A stretch of DNA of 63,430 nt, the filler included, from Nemertoderma westbladi (taxonomy: Eukaryota > Animalia > Xenacoelomorpha), in assembly GCA_032718475.1 (NCBI GenBank). It is 3 parts of 3 records of this genome, joined end to end, with 100 filler letters (N's around TTAATTAATTAA, not from the genome) between each part and the next. Parts side by side here need not be neighbours in the genome. Positions count along the whole stretch, not along the records: positions 40,468 to 63,430 come from JAUCBJ010003699.1; 2 more parts are not named here. One strand, 5' to 3'. Under the pieces are notes generated by a model. It did not search any database. It had not been told where the DNA came from and saw only the letters and a list, made by a program, of their open reading frames with translations. This document shows, in pieces, positions 50,354 through 63,430 of the stretch (position 1 is the first letter of the stretch; every line of letters starts with the position of its first letter). Made by a program: the position numbers and the translations under genes.

Positions 50354-50801
50354 ATATTATGCGCGCGGCATTACTATGTCGGGATGCAATAGCGGCTATT
50401 ATTCATTCAAGGCAGCTGTTACGTTATTGCTAATCAATGGGTGGTCAAACAATATATTTAGCATAGGGTTGCTGTTCATGTACCAATCATTTTTACACAC
50501 TTTTTATATGTTTTTTACATATTTAATCGTACACAAGGCGATCTACTGAACAATAAAATATAGTTCGCCTTTATTTATATAATTATTTTTAATATTTTTG
50601 TTTTACAAGATAAGTTTATACATTGTATATTTCATCCACATTTAGTATAATTTTTATAATTATTTACCATTACATATACAGTAGTTAGCTATCAACAAGG
50701 CTATCTAGGCTGACTTGTTAGTTCTAGTAATTATCAGCCTTTGCAGTGATGTTTATTTCGTTGTTGTACGACAATGAATGTTTTAATTTCTAAACAATAA
50801 A

Positions 50802-53415
50802 ATGTTAATTAACAACAAAGTTGCCTTCCTTTTATATTTGGATATATTTATGATAATACTCGCTGATGATATTTATAGCATAGACCGATGGACCATTGGT
50901 AACATCCCCAATCCTATCGTGTATCCCATACAGTGTGGGTTGGAGAAACCGGGGTTTCTATGCGACCCTGACTCCATTATTGACAGGGTCGATAGAGAAG
51001 CTTTAGATTCCAAACTAAAGGCAATATTTGATAACACAGATTCACAATGTGAAAGTACAAACGATGGCAAACAGGTATGTAGCAAGTAACTCAGTAAAGA
51101 TAAGAAATATCGAAATAAATAAAATATTATAATCGAATCAAGATGACGACACATAGGGCTATCGTTGCCCTTGGAAACCGAATTGGGAGTTATGGGGAGT
51201 GGGTATATCATTAATCACCTGTCACAAAATCAATTAGTTTGTCAATAATCTTTCAGTGAATATATGCTATTATGAAGACTATGCTATTATCTTTTGTTTA
51301 GTCTCTGAGGTTGATCTTTGTAGTTATTATGTGTCATTGTCTGCTATTTTCTAACAGACTCGTTCTATTCAGGGTTTCCGTTTTATGGTTGCCGTGGTGC
51401 TACATATCGCTTGGTACGACGAAACTGCTCACAACAAAGACGACAATCTCACCCAATGGTTTGCTAACGAATTGGCGAATAGCGAGTGGCAAGAATCCGG
51501 TTGCGGAAACGAAATCGTACTTGTTGTCAACGTTGGGGACATGCGACTTGCCTTGGGAACCGGTAAGCAAGTTTCTTGTTCCTATCAGCTATAATTTCTT
51601 TTAGATCGGTTCATAGTTATTTGGCATTTGCAGGCTGCAACAGATTTAATAATAGAATTATATAATTTTAAAGATTTCACTAAAAACAAAATTGTTTTAT
51701 ATCACACAGTTTCACATGTCCACTATCCAGCTGTCATTCCGTGTAGTTACAATTTTGAAGTAATCTTCATACATAAGTTGTATTAAGAAAACATTAACAT
51801 TACGAAATGATTGTATTTATACATTATAAGTGATAGAAACTGCACAAATTATATTAGTTGCTGTATAAATAAAAAAAAATGTAAAAATGACATTAATTAT
51901 GTTATAAATAAGTTAGCTTATATTTATGGTGGCGTTTGGAGCCATGTTATAATAATATAGCTAGGCCCAACTGGTTATTAATAGCTATACCCCGCCTAAC
52001 GGTAGGTAATGCAGTAGGCCTATCTGGCTGTCAGGCAAATTTCCACCTATTGTTTACGTGGTAACCATGACGGCGTTAAGTAATGTCCACTAGGGGGACA
52101 TTACTTAACGCCGTCATTGTTACCACGTAAACAATAACACCAAATACAATACTAAATGTACAGGCCAGTACAATGCTGCAATGTCCTCTAAAGTTGTAAA
52201 GAGCTAAATAACAACTCGCTGTTAATACTAACGGCGTTGGAATAAAGTACTTTACATTGTTTTGATAATCCTTGCTTTATTTGCTCTTTATCTTTACGTT
52301 TGCACGATAAACCTGTTAAATTCAAATTTATACAAGTGAACACGTAAGTAAATAGTTTAGCGGAGTTTAGCAATTCCCCTGGATAGAATTGTTATGACGT
52401 TTTGAACTCTATGGTGCGGTGGTATGATACAAGGTAATTGGGTAATGCAAGCTGTCTTCCCAGAACATTAACATTGAAGGTTTATTTTTTGAACATGAAG
52501 CCCACAACAATGTATGGCATACTTTTAGTATTTTAATTCAATAAATAATATTTTTTGATCGAAAAGTATTTAGATAAATATAATATTAATGCGTTAAGAA
52601 AATTAATATTAAATTACAAATTTTAAATTAAAACTTAAAAAGTGATTAATCAAATACTTAATTTCCGAAATGAGGTATGGATGCTGATACAGTATAACAA
52701 TAGCGACAAAATAAGAAAGCTAAGGGGGGAGGGGTGGGGGGGTGTAAGTTAGTCTGTTTCATTGGGGAGGGGGGGGGGGGGGGGTATGTAAGTCTGTTCC
52801 GTCGGGTGGGGGTGTGTGTGGTGGGGTATTAGGGACCATGGACCACCTCGTAGAGTCCCTCGTTGTTAATGAGTGAGGGGTCCACGGTCCCCATAATGGA
52901 GGCCGCATTGCCGACCAGGATGGCGATTGCCAGCCTTTGCAGGAGGAAGCGGTGAGATCGGGGCTCCTGGGTGATAGAGTGGAGTCTTGCCCCGATCTCC
53001 TTCAGGAACTCGGATGTTTCAGGGCCGGGGCGGCCCAAGGTCTCGTAGGCTACTGGATGGAAGAGGTAGCCCCGGTCCAAGAGTTCCTGGTACTTGCGGA
53101 TCTTTAGAGTTTCCGCTTCCTCTACAGTGCGGCCTCCGGCGGATAGGGTCTGGGCGAAGTGGCTGGCCGCCAGTGAAAAATTCACATGAAGTGAATCTTT
53201 CCCTTTTGATGACATTATTACATTAACTATTATAACTTTATTTCAGGTTCTAAAGCCGCCGAATTATTTCCCAAATGTATTGTGGATCGCATTGTCATGC
53301 TGGATGTAATGGAATTGTTCGAATCGTCTCTCTACGCCGAATCCGTCGCTGATATCATTTACCACGTCCGGGATGTTATCAGCAAGGAGGAATCCGGAGA
53401 GCCATATTATTGCAG
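50802..53415 (+). CDS. MOLO-1-like TPM-domain protein, partial; exons 50802-51074, 51358-51562, 53247-53415
   Basis: Signal peptide, then WT..NIPNP...CG....FLCDPDSII (MOLO1-family N-terminal signature); FANELANSEWQESGCGNEIVLVV...LALGTG|SKA. Junctions CAG|GTATGT, AACAG|, G|GTAAGC and TTTCAG| have consistent phases 0 and 1. Probably continues beyond the satellite. Confidence 0.8.
51797..52243. mobile_element. Partial copy of the foldback element at 3841-4680, in intron 2
   Basis: Matches 3841-4160 and the reverse complement of ~4585-4675; internal hairpin GACGGCGTTAAGTAATGTCC...GGACATTACTTAACGCCGTC. Confidence 0.8.
52720..53175 (-). mobile_element. CRE-clade-like (restriction-like endonuclease) non-LTR retrotransposon 3' fragment
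   Basis: AETLKIRKY...FHPVAYETLG..G....FL..IG.RL...FLLQRLAIAILVGNAASIMGT, the typical CRE C-terminus; GC-rich island in intron 2. Confidence 0.75.
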
Positions 53416-56400
53416 GTCTGTTCGGATCTCTCCTAAGTGTAGGGGTTTAATCGTCTGTTCGGATCCCACCTTAGTGTAGGGGTTTAATCGTCTGTTCGGA
53501 TCCCACCTTAGTGTAGGGGTTTAATCGTCTGTTCGGATCCCACCTTAGTGTAGGGGTTTAATCGTCTGTTCGGATCCCACCTTAGTGTAGGGGTTTAATC
53601 GTCTGTTCGGATCCCACCTTAGTGTAGGGGTTTAATCGTCTGTTCGGATCCCACCTAGTGTAGGGGTTTAATCGTCTGTTCGGATCCCACCTTAGTGTAG
53701 GGGTTTAATCGTCTGTTCGGATCCCACCTTAGTGTAGGGGTTTAATCGTCTGTTCGGATCCCACCTTAGTGTAGGGGTTTAATCGTCTGTTCGGATCCCA
53801 CCTTAGTGTAGGGGTTTAATCGTCTGTTCGGATCCCACCTTAGTGTAGGGGTTTAATCGTCTGTTCGGATCCCACCTTAGTGTAGGGGTTTAATCGTCTG
53901 TTCGGATCCCACCTTAGTGTAGGGGTTTAATCGTCTGTTCGGATCCCACCTTAGTGTAGGGGTTTAATCGTCTGTTCGGATCCCACCTTAGTGTAGGGGT
54001 TTAATCGTCTGTTCGGATCCCACCTTAGTGTAGGGGTTTAATCGTCTGTTCGGATCCCACCTTAGTGTAGGGGTTTAATCGTCTGTTCGGATCCCACCTT
54101 AGTGTAGGGGTTTAATCGTCTGTTCGGATCCCACCTTAGTGTAGGGGTTTAATCGTCTGTTCGGATCCCACCTTAGTGTAGGGGTTTAATCGGCTGTTCG
54201 GATCCCACCTTAGTGTAGGGGTTTAATCGTCTGTTCGGATCCCACCTTAGTGTAGGGGTTTAATCGTCTGTTCGGATCTCTCCTTAGTGTAGGGGTTTAA
54301 TCGTCTGTTCGGATCCCACCTTAGTGTAGGGGTTTAATCGTCTGTTCGGATCCCACCTTAGTGTAGGGGTTTAATCGTCTGTTCGGATCCCACCTTAGTG
54401 TAGGGGTTTAATCGTCTGTTCGGATCCCTCCTTAGTGTAGGGGTTTAATCGTCTGTTCGGATCCCACCTTAGTGTAGGGGTTTAATCGTCTGTTCGGATC
54501 CCACCTTAGTGTAGGGGTTTAATCGTCTGTTCGGATCCCACCTTAGTGTAGGGGTTTAATCGTCTGTTCGGATCCCACCTTAGTGTAGGGGTTTAATCGT
54601 CTGTTCGGATCCCACCTTAGTGTAGGGGTTTAATCGTCTGTTCGGATCCCACCTTAGTGTAGGGGTTTAATCGTCTGTTCGGATCTCTCCTTAGTGTAGG
54701 GGTTTAATCGTCTGTTCGGATCCCACCTTAGTGTAGGGGTTTAATCGTCTGTTCGGATCCCACCTTAGTGTAGGGGTTTAATCGTCTGTTCGGATCCCAC
54801 CTTAGTGTAGGGGTTTAATCGTCTGTTCGGATCCCACCTTAGTGTAGGGGTTTAATCGTCTGTTCGGATCCCACCTTAGTGTAGGGGTTTAATCGTCTGT
54901 TCGGATCCCACCTTAGTGTAGGGGTTTAATCGTCTGTTCGGATCCCACCTTAGTGTAGGGGTTTAATCGTCTGTTCGGATCCCACCTTAGTGTAGGGGTT
55001 TAATCGTCTGTTCGGATCCCACCTTAGTGTAGGGGTTTAATCGTCTGTTCGGATCCCACCTTAGTGTAGGGGTTTAATCGTCTGTTCGGATCCCACCTTA
55101 GTGTAGGGGTTTAATCGTCTGTTCGGATCCCACCTTAGTGTAGGGGTTTAATCGTCTGTTCGGATCCCACCTTAGTGTAGGGGTTTAATCGTCTGTTCGG
55201 ATCCCACCTTAGTGTAGGGGTTTAATCGTCTGTTCGGATCTCTCCTTAGTGTAGGGGTTTAATCGTCTGTTCGGATCCCACCTTAGTGTAGGGGTTTAAT
55301 CGTCTGTTCGGATCCCACCTTAGTGTAGGGGTTTAATCGTCTGTTCGGATCCCACCTTAGTGTAGGGGTTTAATCGTCTGTTCGGATCCCACCTTAGTGT
55401 AGGGGTTTAATCGTCTGTTCGGATCCCACCTTAGTGTAGGGGTTTAATCGTCTGTTCGGATCCCACCTTAGTGTAGGGGTTTAATCGTCTGTTCGGATCC
55501 CACCTTAGTGTAGGGGTTTAATCGTCTGTTCGGATCCCACCTTAGTGTAGGGGTTTAATCGTCTGTTCGGATCCCACCTTAGTGTAGGGGTTTAATCGTC
55601 TGTTCGGATCCCACCTTAGTGTAGGGGTTTAATCGTCTGTTCGGATCCCACCTTAGTGTAGGGGTTTAATCGTCTGTTCGGATCCCACCTTAGTGTAGGG
55701 GTTTAATCGTCTGTTCGGATCCCACCTTAGTGTAGGGGTTTAATCGTCTGTTCGGATCTCTCCTTAGTGTAGGGGTTTAATCGTCTGTTCGGATCCCACC
55801 TTAGTGTAGGGGTTTAATCGTCTGTTCGGATCCCACCTTAGTGTAGGGGTTTAATCGTCTGTTCGGATCCCACCTTAGTGTAGGGGTTTAATCGTCTGTT
55901 CGGATCCCACCTTAGTGTAGGGGTTTAATCGTCTGTTCGGATCCCACCTTAGTGTAGGGGTTTAATCGTCTGTTCGGATCCCACCTTAGTGTAGGGGTTT
56001 AATCGTCTGTTCGGATCCCACCTTAGTGTAGGGGTTTAATCGTCTGTTCGGATCCCACCTTAGTGTAGGGGTTTAATCGTCTGTTCGGATCCCACCTTAG
56101 TGTAGGGGTTTAATCGTCTGTTCGGATCCCACCTTAGTGTAGGGGTTTAATCGTCTGTTCGGATCCCACCTTAGTGTAGGGGTTTAATCGTCTGTTCGGA
56201 TCCCACCTTAGTGTAGGGGTTTAATCGTCTGTTCGGATCCCACCTTAGTGTAGGGGTTTAATCGTCTGTTCGGATCCCACCTTAGTGTAGGGGTTTAATC
56301 GTCTGTTCGGATCCCACCTTAGTGTAGGGGTTTAATCGTCTGTTCGGATCCCACCTTAGTGTAGGGGTTTAATCGTCTGTTCGGATCCCACCTTAGTGTA

Positions 56401-59400
56401 GGGGTTTAATCGTCTGTTCGGATCCCACCTTAGTGTAGGGGTTTAATCGTCTGTTCGGATCCCACCTTAGTGTAGGGGTTTAATCGTCTGTTCGGATCCC
56501 ACCTTAGTGTAGGGGTTTAATCGTCTGTTCGGATCCCACCTTAGTGTAGGGGTTTAATCGTCTGTTCGGATCCCACCTTAGTGTAGGGGTTTAATCGTCT
56601 GTTCGGATCCCACCTTAGTGTAGGGGTTTAATCGTCTGTTCGGATCTCTCCTTAGTGTAGGGGTTAAATCGTCTGTTCGGATCCCACCTTAGTGTAGGGC
56701 TTTAATCGTCTGTTCGGATCCCACCTTAGTGTAGGGGTTTAATCGTCTGTTCGGATCCCACCTTAGTGTAGGGGTTTAATCGTCTGTTCGGATCCCACCT
56801 TAGTGTAGGGGTTTAATCGTCTGTTCGGATCCCACCTTAGTGTAGGGGTTTAATCGTCTGTTCGGATCCCACCTTAGTGTAGGGGTTTAATCGTCTGTTC
56901 GGATCCCACCTTAGTGTAGGGGTTTAATCGTCTGTTCGGATCCCACCTTAGTGTAGGGGTTTAATCGTCTGTTCGGATCCCACCTTAGTGTAGGGGTTTA
57001 ATCGTCTGTTCGGATCCCACCTTAGTGTAGGGGTTTAATCGTCTGTTCGGATCCCACCTTAGTGTAGGGCTTTAATCGTCTGTTCGGATCCCACCTTAGT
57101 GTAGGGGTTTAATCGTCTGTTCGGATCCCACCTTAGTGTAGGGGTTTAATCGTCTGTTCGGATCCCACCTTAGTGTAGGGGTTTAATCGTCTGTTCGGAT
57201 CCCACCTTAGTGTAGGGGTTTAATCGTCTGTTCGGATCCCACCTTAGTGTAGGGGTTTAATCGTCTGTTCGGATCCCACCTTAGTGTAGGGGTTTAATCG
57301 TCTGTTCGGATCCCACCTTAGTGTAGGGGTTTAATCGTCTGTTCGGATCCCACCTTAGTGTAGGGGTTTAATCGTCTGTTCGGATCCCACCTTAGTGTAG
57401 GGGTTTAATCGGCTGTTCGGATCCCACCTTAGTGTAGGGGTTTAATCGTCTGTTCGGATCCCACCTTAGTGTAGGGGTTTAATCGTCTGTTCGGATCCCA
57501 CCTTAGTGTAGGGGTTTAATCGTCTGTTCGGATCTCTCCTTAGTGTAGGGGTTAAATCGTCTGTTCGGATCCCACCTTAGTGTAGGGGTTTAATCGTCTT
57601 TTCGGATCCCACCTTAGTGTAGGGCTTTAATCGTCTGTTCGGATCCCACCTTAGTGTAGGGGTTTAATCGTCTGTTCGGATCCCACCTTAGTGTAGGGGT
57701 TTAATCGTCTGTTCGGATCCCACCTTAGTGTAGGGGTTTAATCGTCTGTTCGGATCCCACCTTAGTGTAGGGGTTTAATCGGCTGTTCGGATCCCACCTT
57801 AGTGTAGGGGTTTAATCGTCTGTTCGGATCCCACCTTAGTGTAGGGGTTTAATCGTCTGTTCGGATATCTCCTTAGTGTGTAGGGGTTTAATCGTCTGTT
57901 CGGATCCCACCTTAGTGTAGGGGTTTAATCGTCTGTTCGGATCCCACCTTAGTGTAGGGGTTTAATCGTCTGTTCGGATCCCACCTTAGTGTAGGGGTTT
58001 AATCGTCTGTTCGGATCCCACCTTAGTGTAGGGGTTTAATCGTCTGTTCGGATCCCACCTTAGTGTAGGGGTTTAATCGTCTGTTCGGATCCCACCTTAG
58101 TGTAGGGGTTTAATCGTCTGTTCGGATCCCACCTTAGTGTAGGGGTTTAATCGTCTGTTCGGATCTCTCCTTAGTGTAGGGGTTTAATCGTCCGTTCGGA
58201 TCCCACCTTAGTGTAGGGGTTTAATCGGCTGTTCGGATCCCACCTTAGTGTAGGTGTTTAATCGTCTGTTCGGATCCCACCTTAGTGTAGGGGTTTAATC
58301 GTCTGTTCGGATCCCACCTTAGTGTAGGGGTTTAATCGTCTGTTCGGATCCCACCTTAGTGTAGGGCTTTAATCGTCTGTTCGGATCCCACCTTAGTGTA
58401 GGGGTTTAATCGTCTGTTCGGATCCCACCTTAGTGTAGGGGTTTAATCGTCTGTTCGGATCCCTCCTTAGTGTAGGGGTTTAATCGTCTGTTCGGATCCC
58501 ACCTTAGTGTAGGGGTTTAATCGTCTGTTCGGATCCCACGTCTTAGTGTAGGGGTTTAATCGTCTTTTCGGATCCCACCTTAGTGTAGGGGTTTAATCGT
58601 CTGTTCGGATCCCACCTTAGTGTAGGGGTTTAATCGATCGGTTCGGATCTCTCCTTAGTGTAGGGGTTTAATCGTCTGTTCGGATCCCACCTTAGTGTAG
58701 GGGTTTAATCGTCTTTTCGGATCCCACCTTAGTGTAGGGGTTTAGTCGTCTGTTCGGATATCTCCTTAGTGTGTAGGGGTTAAATCGTCTGTTCGGATCT
58801 CTCCTTAGTGTAGGGGTTTAATCGTCTTTTCGGATCCCACCTTAGTGTAGGGGTTTAATCGTCTGTTCGGATATCTCCTTAGTGTGTAGGTGTTTAATCG
58901 TCTGTTCGGATCCCACCTAAGTGTAGGGGTTTAATCGTCTGTTCGGATCCCACCTTAGTGTAGGGGTTTAATCGTCTGATCGGATCCCACCATAGTGTAG
59001 GGGTTTAATCGTCTGTTCGGATCCCACCTTAGTGTAGGGGTTTAATCGTCTGTTCGGATATCTCCTTAGTGTGTAGGGGTTAAATCGTCTGTTCGGATCT
59101 CCCCTTAGTGTAGGGCTTTAATCGTCTGTTCGGATCCCACCTTAGTGTAGGGGTTTAATCGTCTGTTCGGATCCCACCTTAGTGTAGGGGTTTAATCGTC
59201 TGTTCGGATCCCACCTTAGTGTAGGGGTTTAATCGTCTTTTCGGATCCCACCTTAGTGCAGGGCTTTAATCGTCTGTTCGGATCCCACCTTAGTGTAGGG
59301 GTTTAATCGTCTGTTTGGATCCCACCTTAGTGTAGGGGTTTAATCGTCTGTTCGGATCCCACCTTAGTGTAGGGGTTTAATCGTCTTTTCGGATCACACC

Positions 59401-62400
59401 TTAGTGTAGGGCTTTAATCGTCTGTTCACTGTTCAGATATCTCCTTAGTGTAGGGCTTTAATCGTCTGTTCGGATCCCACCTTAGTGTAGGGGTTTAATC
59501 GGCTGTTCGGATCCCACCTTAGTGTAGGGGTTTAATCGTCTGTTCGGATCCCACCTTAGTGTAGGGGTTTAATCGTCTGTTCGGATCCCACCTTAGTGTA
59601 GGGGTTTAATCGTCTGTTCGGATCCCACCTTAGTGTAGGGGTTTAATCGTCTTTTCGTATCCCACCTTAGTGTAGGGCTTTAATCGTCTGTTCGGATCCC
59701 ACCTTAGTGTAGGGGTTTAATCGTCTGTTCGGATCCCACCTTAGTGTAGGGGTTTAATCGTCTGTTCGGATCCCACCTTAGTGTAGGGGTTTAATCGTCT
59801 GTTCGGATCCCACCTTAGTGTAGGGGTTTAATCGGCTGTTCGGATCCCACCTTAGTGTAGGGGTTTAATCGTCTGTTCGGATCCCACCTTAGTGTAGGGG
59901 TTTAATCGTCTGTTCGGATCCCACCTTAGTGTAGGGGTTTAATCGTCTGTTCGGATCTCTCCTTAGTGTAGGGGTTAAATCGTCTGTTCGGATCCCACCT
60001 TAGTGTAGGGGTTTAATCGTCTTTTCGGATCCCACCTTAGTGTAGGGCTTTAATCGTCTGTTCGGATCCCACCTTAGTGTAGGGGTTTAATCGTCTGTTC
60101 GGATCCCACCTTAGTGTAGGGGTTTAATCGTCTGTTCGGATCCCACCTTAGTGTAGGGGTTTAATCGTCCGTTCGGATCCCACCTTAGTGTAGGGGTTTA
60201 ATCGGCTGTTCGGATCCCACCTTAGTGTAGGGGTTTAATCGTCTGTTCGGATCCCACCTTAGTGTAGGGGTTTAATCGTCTGTTCGGATATCTCCTTAGT
60301 GTGTAGGGGTTTAATCGTCTGTTCGGATCCCACCTTAGTGTAGGGGTTTAATCGTCTGTTCGGATCCCACCTTAGTGTAGGGGTTTAATCGTCTGTTCGG
60401 ATCCCACCTTAGTGTAGGGGTTTAATCGTCTGTTCGGATCCCACCTTAGTGTAGGGGTTTAATCGTCTGTTCGGATCCCACCTTAGTGTAGGGGTTTAAT
60501 CGTCTGTTCGGATCCCACCTTAGTGTAGGGGTTTAATCGTCTGTTCGGATCCCACCTTAGTGTAGGGGTTTAATCGTCTGTTCGGATCTCTCCTTAGTGT
60601 AGGGGTTTAATCGTCCGTTCGGATCCCACCTTAGTGTAGGGGTTTAATCGGCTGTTCGGATCCCACCTTAGTGTAGGTGTTTAATCGTCTGTTCGGATCC
60701 CACCTTAGTGTAGGGGTTTAATCGTCTGTTCGGATCCCACCTTAGTGTAGGGGTTTAATCGTCGGTTCGGATCCCACCTTAGTGTAGGGGTTTAATCGTC
60801 TGTTCGGATCCCACCATAGTGTAGGGGTTTAATCGTCTGTTCGGATCCCACCTAAGTGTAGGGGTTTAATCGTCTGTTCGGATCCCACCATAGTGTAGGG
60901 GTTTAATCGTCTGTTCGGATCCCACCATAGTGTAGGGGTTTAATCGGCTGTTCGGATCCCACCTTAGTGTAGGGGTTTAATCGTCTGTTCGGATCCCACC
61001 TTAGTGTAGGGGTTTAATCGTCTGTTCGGATCTCTCCTTAGTGTAGGGGTTAAATCGTCTTTTCGGATCCCACCTTAGTGTAGGGCTTTAATCGTCTGTT
61101 CGGATCCCACCATAGTGTAGGGGTTTAATCGTCTGTTCGGATCCCACCTTAGTGTAGGGGTTTAATCGTCTGTTCGGATCTCTCCTTAGTGTAGGGGTTT
61201 AATCGTCTGTTCGGATCCCACCTTAGTGTAGGGGTTTAATCGTCTGTTCGGATCCCACCTTAGTGTAGGGGTTTAATCGTCTGTTCGGATCCCACCTTAG
61301 TGTAGGGGTTTAATCGTCTGTTCGGATCCCACCTTAGTGTAGGGGTTTAATCGTCTGTTCGGATCCCACCTTAGTGTAGGGGTTTAATCGTCTGTTCGGA
61401 TCCCACCTTAGTGTAGGGGTTTAATCGTCTTTTCGTATCCCACCTTAGTGTAGGGCTTTAATCGTCTGTTCGGATCCCACCTTAGTGTAGGGGTTTAATC
61501 GTCTGTTCGGATCCCACCTTAGTGTAGGGGTTTAATCGTCTGTTCGGATATCTCCTTAGTGTGTAGGGGTTTAATCGTCTGTTCGGATCTCTCCTTAGTG
61601 TAGGGGTTTAATCGTCTGTTCGGATATCTCCTTAGTGTGTAGGTGTTTAATCGTCTGTTCGGATCCCACCTTAGTGTAGGGGTTTAATCGTCTGTTCGGA
61701 TCCCACCTTAGTGTAGGGGTTTAATCGTCTGTTCGGATCCCACCTTAGTGTAGGGGTTTAATCGTCTGTTCGGATCCCACCTTAGTGTAGGGGTTTAATC
61801 GTCTGTTCGGATCCCACCTTAGTGTAGGGGTTTAATCGTCTGTTCGGATCCCACCTTAGTGTAGGGGTTTAATCGGCTGTTCGGATCCCACCTTAGTGTA
61901 GGGGTTTAATCGTCTGTTCGGATCCCACCTTAGTGTAGGGGTTTAATCGTCTGTTCGGATCCCACCTTAGTGTAGGGGTTTAATCGTCTGTTCGGATCTC
62001 TCCTTAGTGTAGGGGTTAAATCGTCTGTTCGGATCCCACCTTAGTGTAGGGGTTTAATCGTCTTTTCGGATCCCACCTTAGTGTAGGGCTTTAATCGTCT
62101 GTTCGGATCCCACCTTAGTGTAGGGGTTTAATCGTCTGTTCGGATCCCACCTTAGTGTAGGGGTTTAATCGTCTGTTCGGATCCCACCTTAGTGTAGGGG
62201 TTTAATCGTCTGTTCGGATCCCACCTTAGTGTAGGGGTTTAATCGGCTGTTCGGATCCCACCTTAGTGTAGGGGTTTAATCGTCTGTTCGGATCCCACCT
62301 TAGTGTAGGGGTTTAATCGTCTGTTCGGATATCTCCTTAGTGTGTAGGGGTTTAATCGTCTGTTCGGATCCCACCTTAGTGTAGGGGTTTAATCGTCTGT

Positions 62401-63430
62401 TCGGATCCCACCTTAGTGTAGGGGTTTAATCGTCTGTTCGGATCCCACCTTAGTGTAGGGGTTTAATCGTCTGTTCGGATCCCACCTTAGTGTAGGGGTT
62501 TAATCGTCTGTTCGGATCCCACCTTAGTGTAGGGGTTTAATCGTCTGTTCGGATCCCACCTTAGTGTAGGGGTTTAATCGTCTGTTCGGATCCCACCTTA
62601 GTGTAGGGGTTTAATCGTCTGTTCGGATCTCTCCTTAGTGTAGGGGTTTAATCGTCCGTTCGGATCCCACCTTAGTGTAGGGGTTTAATCGGCTGTTCGG
62701 ATCCCACCTTAGTGTAGGGGTTTAATCCTCTGTTCGGATCCCACCTTAGTGTAGGGGTTTAATCGTCTGTTCGGATCCCACCTTAGTGTAGGGGTTTAAT
62801 CGTCTGTTCGGATCTCTCCTTAGTGTAGGGGTTTAATCGTCCGTTCGGATCCCACCTTAGTGTAGGGGTTTAATCGGCTGTTCGGATCCCACCTTAGTGT
62901 AGGGGTTTAATCCTCTGTTCGGATCCCACCTTAGTGTAGGGGTTTAATCGTCTGTTCGGATCCCACCTTAGTGTAGGGGTTTAATCGGCTGTTCGGATCC
63001 CACCTTAGTGTAGGGGTTTAATCCTCTGTTCGGATCCCACCTTAGTGTAGGGGTTTAATCGTCTGTTCGGATCCCACCTTAGTGTAGGGGTTTAATCGTC
63101 TGTTCGGATCCCACCTTAGTGTAGGGCTTTAATCGTCTGTTCGGATCCCACCTTAGTGTAGGGGTTTAATCGTCTGTTCGGATCCCACCTTAGTGTAGGG
63201 GTTTAATCGTCTTTTCGGATCCCACCTTAGTGTAGGGGTTTAGTCGTCTGTTCGGATATCTCCTTAGTGTGTAGGGGTTAAATCGTCTGTTCGGATCTCT
63301 CCTTAGTGTAGGGGTTTAATCGTCTTTTCGGATCCCACCTTAGTGTAGGGGTTTAATCGTCTGTTCGGATATCTCCTTAGTGTGTAGGTGTTTAATCGTC
63401 TGTTCGGATCCCACCTAAGTGTAGGGGTTT
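53416..63430. repeat. Tandem satellite, 37-bp unit GTCTGTTCGGATCCCACCTTAGTGTAGGGGTTTAATC, ~270 copies, runs off the window
   Basis: Directly visible; one BamHI site per canonical unit; variant units increase after ~56.6 kb. Confidence 0.98.

Noticed and set aside
53416-63430. 37-bp repeat as a CRISPR array
   Set aside because: Units are head-to-tail with no unique spacers, there are no cas genes, and the context is a spliced eukaryotic gene.

Overview
AT-rich animal (probably marine invertebrate) nuclear DNA with two 100-nt assembly gaps. Host genes: a five-exon Vsx/Chx10 paired-like homeobox gene (29406-40079, +; octapeptide, Q50 homeodomain, CVC domain) and the first three exons of a MOLO-1/TPM-domain secreted or membrane protein gene (from 50802, +). 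That gene's third intron begins exactly with a ~10 kb 37-bp satellite that runs off the window. Two related small secreted-peptide ORFs and a decayed Cys-rich gene lie on the minus strand between the two genes. The first 2667 bp look like the end of a Polinton/Maverick-type endogenous viral element: an ACTACT terminus, an intronless C2H2 zinc-finger ORF and a PC4-like ORF. The region 2668-13230 is partly duplicated at 20300-24233, and the second copy exposes the empty insertion sites. The rest is TE debris (RTE, CR1-like and CRE LINEs, a gag fragment, nested Tc1/mariner-like, piggyBac-like and ISL2EU DNA transposons, MITEs) plus an apparently perfect 22-bp satellite. All alignments were done by eye; no database searches were run.
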